A stretch of DNA of 63,980 bases, counting the filler, from Hyphochytrium catenoides (lineage: Eukaryota > Protista > Hyphochytriomycota), in NCBI GenBank assembly GCA_900088475.1. It is 15 parts of 15 records of this genome, joined end to end, with 100 filler letters (N's around TTAATTAATTAA, not from the genome) between each part and the next. Parts side by side here need not be neighbours in the genome. Positions count along the whole stretch, not along the records: positions 59,295 to 60,626 come from FLMG01002686.1; positions 60,727 to 62,618 come from FLMG01000768.1; positions 62,719 to 63,980 come from FLMG01004274.1; 12 more parts are not named here. One strand, given 5' to 3'. The translations under genes and the position numbers were made by a program. Each line of letters opens with the position of its first letter. Position 1 is the first letter of the stretch. Positions 60,584 to 63,980 of this stretch are shown here, piece after piece. The notes beneath the pieces are model-generated. The model was not told where the DNA came from. It saw only the letters and a program-made list of their open reading frames with translations, and did not search any database.

Positions 60584-62880
60584 ATCGGCAGAGTTCTCCT
60601 CACTGGAGACATCGGGATTCTGGGACNNNNNNNNNNNNNNNNNNNNNNNNNNNNNNNNNNNNNNNNNNNNTTAATTAATTAANNNNNNNNNNNNNNNNNN
60701 NNNNNNNNNNNNNNNNNNNNNNNNNNCGCGGGCCGCCCCTCCCCAGTCTTTTTATTGTGAACAGTTAGTTTCGGTTGTTACTTCATAGGCTAGGGCTCGA
60801 TGTGCCCTTGAGGAAAACCTCATAAAACTATTTTCAGTACGAGTAGTAGCAGTAATAACAGCGGTTAGCGGCTGCCTGCGCTGGGATGTGCGGGGATCTT
60901 CACAAGGGTGACGGTGAGTCCTAACTGCGGCCCGCCCCATGTTGGGACCCGCTCTCACCCCCTTCTGCCTAGTAACCTTCCTCCTGCTGTGCACAAGGGG
61001 AACTTCCCACAAGGCCAACGGTACTCACAATGATGCACTACCGCTGAGTGTGCATGTAGATATCTAGTAGTAGGTAGAGCTTTATTTCTGCAGGCCTAAT
61101 GTTGAGCACTGCCATCATCCCCTCGTCCAGCCGTTGTTGAAAGGCGTGATGATGCTTCTTGGACTTCGTCGTTCCTTTGGCGGCGATGGCCAATAAGTCT
61201 GGGCCATCTGCGGCCTGATGTTCAAGTTCCTACCTACTTTCTTGTACTCTCCCTTCTTCCCCAAAGTTACTATAAAGGGTTTGTCTCCGTCTTCATGTTG
61301 CTTGGCACTTGCTCCTCTTCTTCATCTTCCCCTCCTCCTTCGTCCTCTTATGATTGCTTAGCAAGAAGAGAAGAAGAGTGATGATCAGATATATGTGCCA
61401 AAGAACAAGCAAGCGACAGCACTGGGCTGAGGGAAGATAGGAGGAGGATGGGAAAGGATAATAGACAACCATGAGATGCAAGGATGATGACCATGGTTGG
61501 TGGAGTCTCAGCAAAGACGACGGGACCGAGACCAAAGAGGGAAGAAGAGAAATCGCCTTCTACTACTTGCTCATATAACAACAGTGGTAATGGAGAATTG
61601 AGCAATAGAACGAAGAATCCTTAAAAGGTCGGACATCATCTTAGTTGTTGACAAACATCCATATCACAGGAAGGCATCTTGGATGGCTGGCCTTTGCTCA
61701 TCAGTCAAAAGACCTGGAGAACATAAGACTGATGCAGCTGTTCGTGTCATCTTTCTGCCCACAAACCACCTTACTTCTTCTCTTGATTCCCAACGAAACA
61801 CAGGGGAAAGAATTCGGCCTTTGGGTGCTTGCAGGATCTGAATAGCTTGTGCTAGATGCGAGGACTGATCGTTGTCCTTTATAAAGAATTTTCTTCCTTC
61901 CTTGGTGACTGTCTTCCCTAAGAATTCTCTTCCTTTTGATAACTGTCTTCCTATGCGTACGGAGGAGACGACGATGTTAGCCTGACCCAGTCGCAACGCT
62001 TCTCCACAAGTAGCCGCCACTCAACAACGCTTCTTAGCAATGCAGCAGAGAGCGGCACCAAAAGAGGACAAACTTGACAGCGAACAATCCTGTTAGATGC
62101 TTTTACACGCGTTCGTGAAGATAGGATCAGGATCGCAACTTCTTACATTACCGATGTTAATGGAGCCAAGGTCCCTCGTAGCCAACGTCGTGGGGAGAGG
62201 AGGAGGACGATACAAAACTTCAGTTCAGCTTTGATGATGAGATGCTGGAAGAAGGACGAGTCAAGCAAAGTGGAGGCCATGATGCCAGCAAGGAGCACGC
62301 AACGCTAGAGACGAGATGGCGAGGTATGCGTCGTGGAGCTGGATAAAAAAGGTGATGTGAGCATGGAGAATGGAAGACAGAAAAGGAGGCAACAAACCAA
62401 GGATACACATGGAAGAGGGAGGCGATGGGCAGAAGAGGAAAGCAAGTACAGAGGAAGAATGATGGTCACCATCATCAGAGCTCTGTCCCTCCTTGATTGA
62501 ACTTGTGAAGGCGGGTGCTGCTGGTGAATGCTTGTTCGCAATTTCAAGCGATGATCTGAGGTAAGAAGCTGACCAAGGCGCCAAAATATCCTGTTTATTG
62601 ATTCTTATCGTCCTAATCNNNNNNNNNNNNNNNNNNNNNNNNNNNNNNNNNNNNNNNNNNNNTTAATTAATTAANNNNNNNNNNNNNNNNNNNNNNNNNN
62701 NNNNNNNNNNNNNNNNNNACGAAGAGGACATAGATAGAGCTCCTAGAGGAGCTTGCTCTGATGGACGGACGGAGCGCCGGTTCCTCAGTCATCATCTGTC
62801 CCTGCTGCGGCTTGCCTGGAGCCTGGAGAGCAGAGTTGAGATCCATCGGCGCCGAGGACACAAGCCGCAAATCCTGTCCT

Positions 62881-63155
62881 GTCCATCCTGCTGAGTGATT
62901 GTACCCGGGTTAGCGTCTACCCGGGTTGTTTCGTGTTGGTCAAAACCTGACCAAACCCGGGCTTCGTATTACTGACCCGGGTCACAAAACTTTCCCATAG
63001 ATAATGTGGTTGTGGTGCTACGAGTAATGTCTCCACGGTTCTGAGGTCCATCCTGATAGCGATTGAACCCGGGTTAGCGTCATCCCGGATTAGCTCGAGC
63101 TGCTTAGGCCCTGACTTGACACAAATGTTGATTCTCTGACCCGGGTCACAAAGAG
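62881..63155. repeat. Two diverged direct repeats (about 165-bp period) rich in CCCGGG-centred palindromes
   Basis: GTCCATCCTG...ACCCGGGTTAGCGTC...CTGACCCGGGTCACAAA occurs at about 62881-62988 and 63046-63152. Confidence 0.8.
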
Positions 63156-63489
63156 TCCCCGTAGCTCTGTTATAAAGGATAATAAAGTGGTCTCTACAAC
63201 GCCTCGAACTGCAAAGAAGAGGAAGCGCGTCTCGACAGGTGAAGACAGCTCATCGGGCTCATCCGCTAACAAAAGGTGTTTCTTATTACTGAGCTGGTGA
63301 TGTGGGCCTCTGCACTGTCCTGAGATGGGATGACGACATCAGTTGCTCTTATCGGTTCCATCATCATTGGCCTGCGGACAAGGTAAGGGCTTCATGAGGA
63401 AGTCAGTCAAGAACGGTTACCCAGTGCCGGGAGCCAGTTACCGCCCTGAAAAGACGCACCTTCGATTTAGAGGAAAGGACTGACTCTGA

Positions 63490-63980
63490 TGGGTGGGAGA
63501 CAACGCCTCGAACTGCAAAGAGGAAGCGCGTCTCGACAGGTGAAGATAGCTCATGGGCTCATCCTCTAAAGAAATGTGTTTCCAACTGCTGCCTTCTTCC
63601 ACGCGACTTGTCTCTTGGTTCTTATCATGCAGAGAATGCTAGGACACCTGCCTTCTTCAGAGGTCGTACGTTCTAGACAAACAAGGGGTCATCAAGTAGG
63701 ACTCGTTTGTCGCCAAGGGAAGCAGCTACTAGGGCAAAAAGGAAAAAGCACCAGGAGAGGCTCCCACCGTCCCCAGAGAGCTACTACTTGATGACCCCTT
63801 GTTTGTCTTAGAACCTATATTACGACCTCTGGAGAAGGCAGGTGTCCTAGCCCGCATGATAAAGAACCAAGAGACAAGCCGCAGTTAGAAACACATTTCG
63901 TTAGAGGATGAGCCCATAAGCTATATTCACCTGTCGAGACGCGCTTCCTCTTTGCAGTTCGAGGCGTTGTCTCCCACTCA
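63490..63980. repeat. Long imperfect inverted repeat (arms about 200 bp, loop about 84 bp)
   Basis: 63490-63699 matches the reverse complement of 63784-63980. A partial third copy lies in direct orientation at about 63196-63283. Confidence 0.92.

Noticed and set aside
60727-62618. Possible decayed DNA-transposon ORF (61664-62020, LTDEQRPAI)
   Set aside because: Only a vague HTH-like resemblance, with no catalytic motif or terminal repeats.
21174-62718. Regularly recurring TTAATTAATTAA motif as a biological repeat or CRISPR-like array
   Set aside because: It is always centred in exactly 44+44 Ns and has stops in all six frames, so it is a concatenation linker.
1-63980. tRNA, rRNA, CRISPR arrays, alternative genetic code
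   Set aside because: None recognised by eye. Conserved genes translate with the standard code and TAA, TAG and TGA all serve as stops. tRNAscan/Infernal were not run.

Overview
This is eukaryotic draft-genome sequence, not one locus. Fifteen short scaffolds are joined by 14 artificial 100-bp linkers (N44-TTAATTAATTAA-N44), so adjacency across a linker carries no information. Genes have spliceosomal introns, many filled with sense-strand (CT)n microsatellite, which produces most of the spurious LS/ER ORFs in the track. The outer-arm dynein LC1 and the PT-rich membrane protein suggest a flagellated protist, probably a stramenopile (inference). Recognisable genes are: an alternating 36-aa PPR array, a membrane-anchored S8 subtilase, a sphingosine/LCB kinase, FolD, a Cys-rich type I membrane protein, a sterol glucosyltransferase, a LIG6/Adl1-type DNA ligase, ALG6, an MRS2 Mg transporter, a non-RD TKL kinase, DNAL1, a 2826-aa MABP/Tudor/USP deubiquitinase and a MAPK. 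Gypsy and LINE debris and a long fold-back repeat are also present. The most interesting signals mostly need manual splicing and are hidden from the ORF track: (1) a 10-exon gene fusing a PH domain to a chalcone-isomerase-fold lipid-binding domain, a candidate new lipid-transfer architecture; (2) a hierarchical 15-aa/430-aa Gly-Ser beta-repeat protein; (3) the strictly alternating PPR array; (4) the MABP-USP-Tudor fusion; (5) a protein beginning with two MIM1-like motifs and a PTAP motif. All domain calls come from motif recognition by eye; no searches were run.
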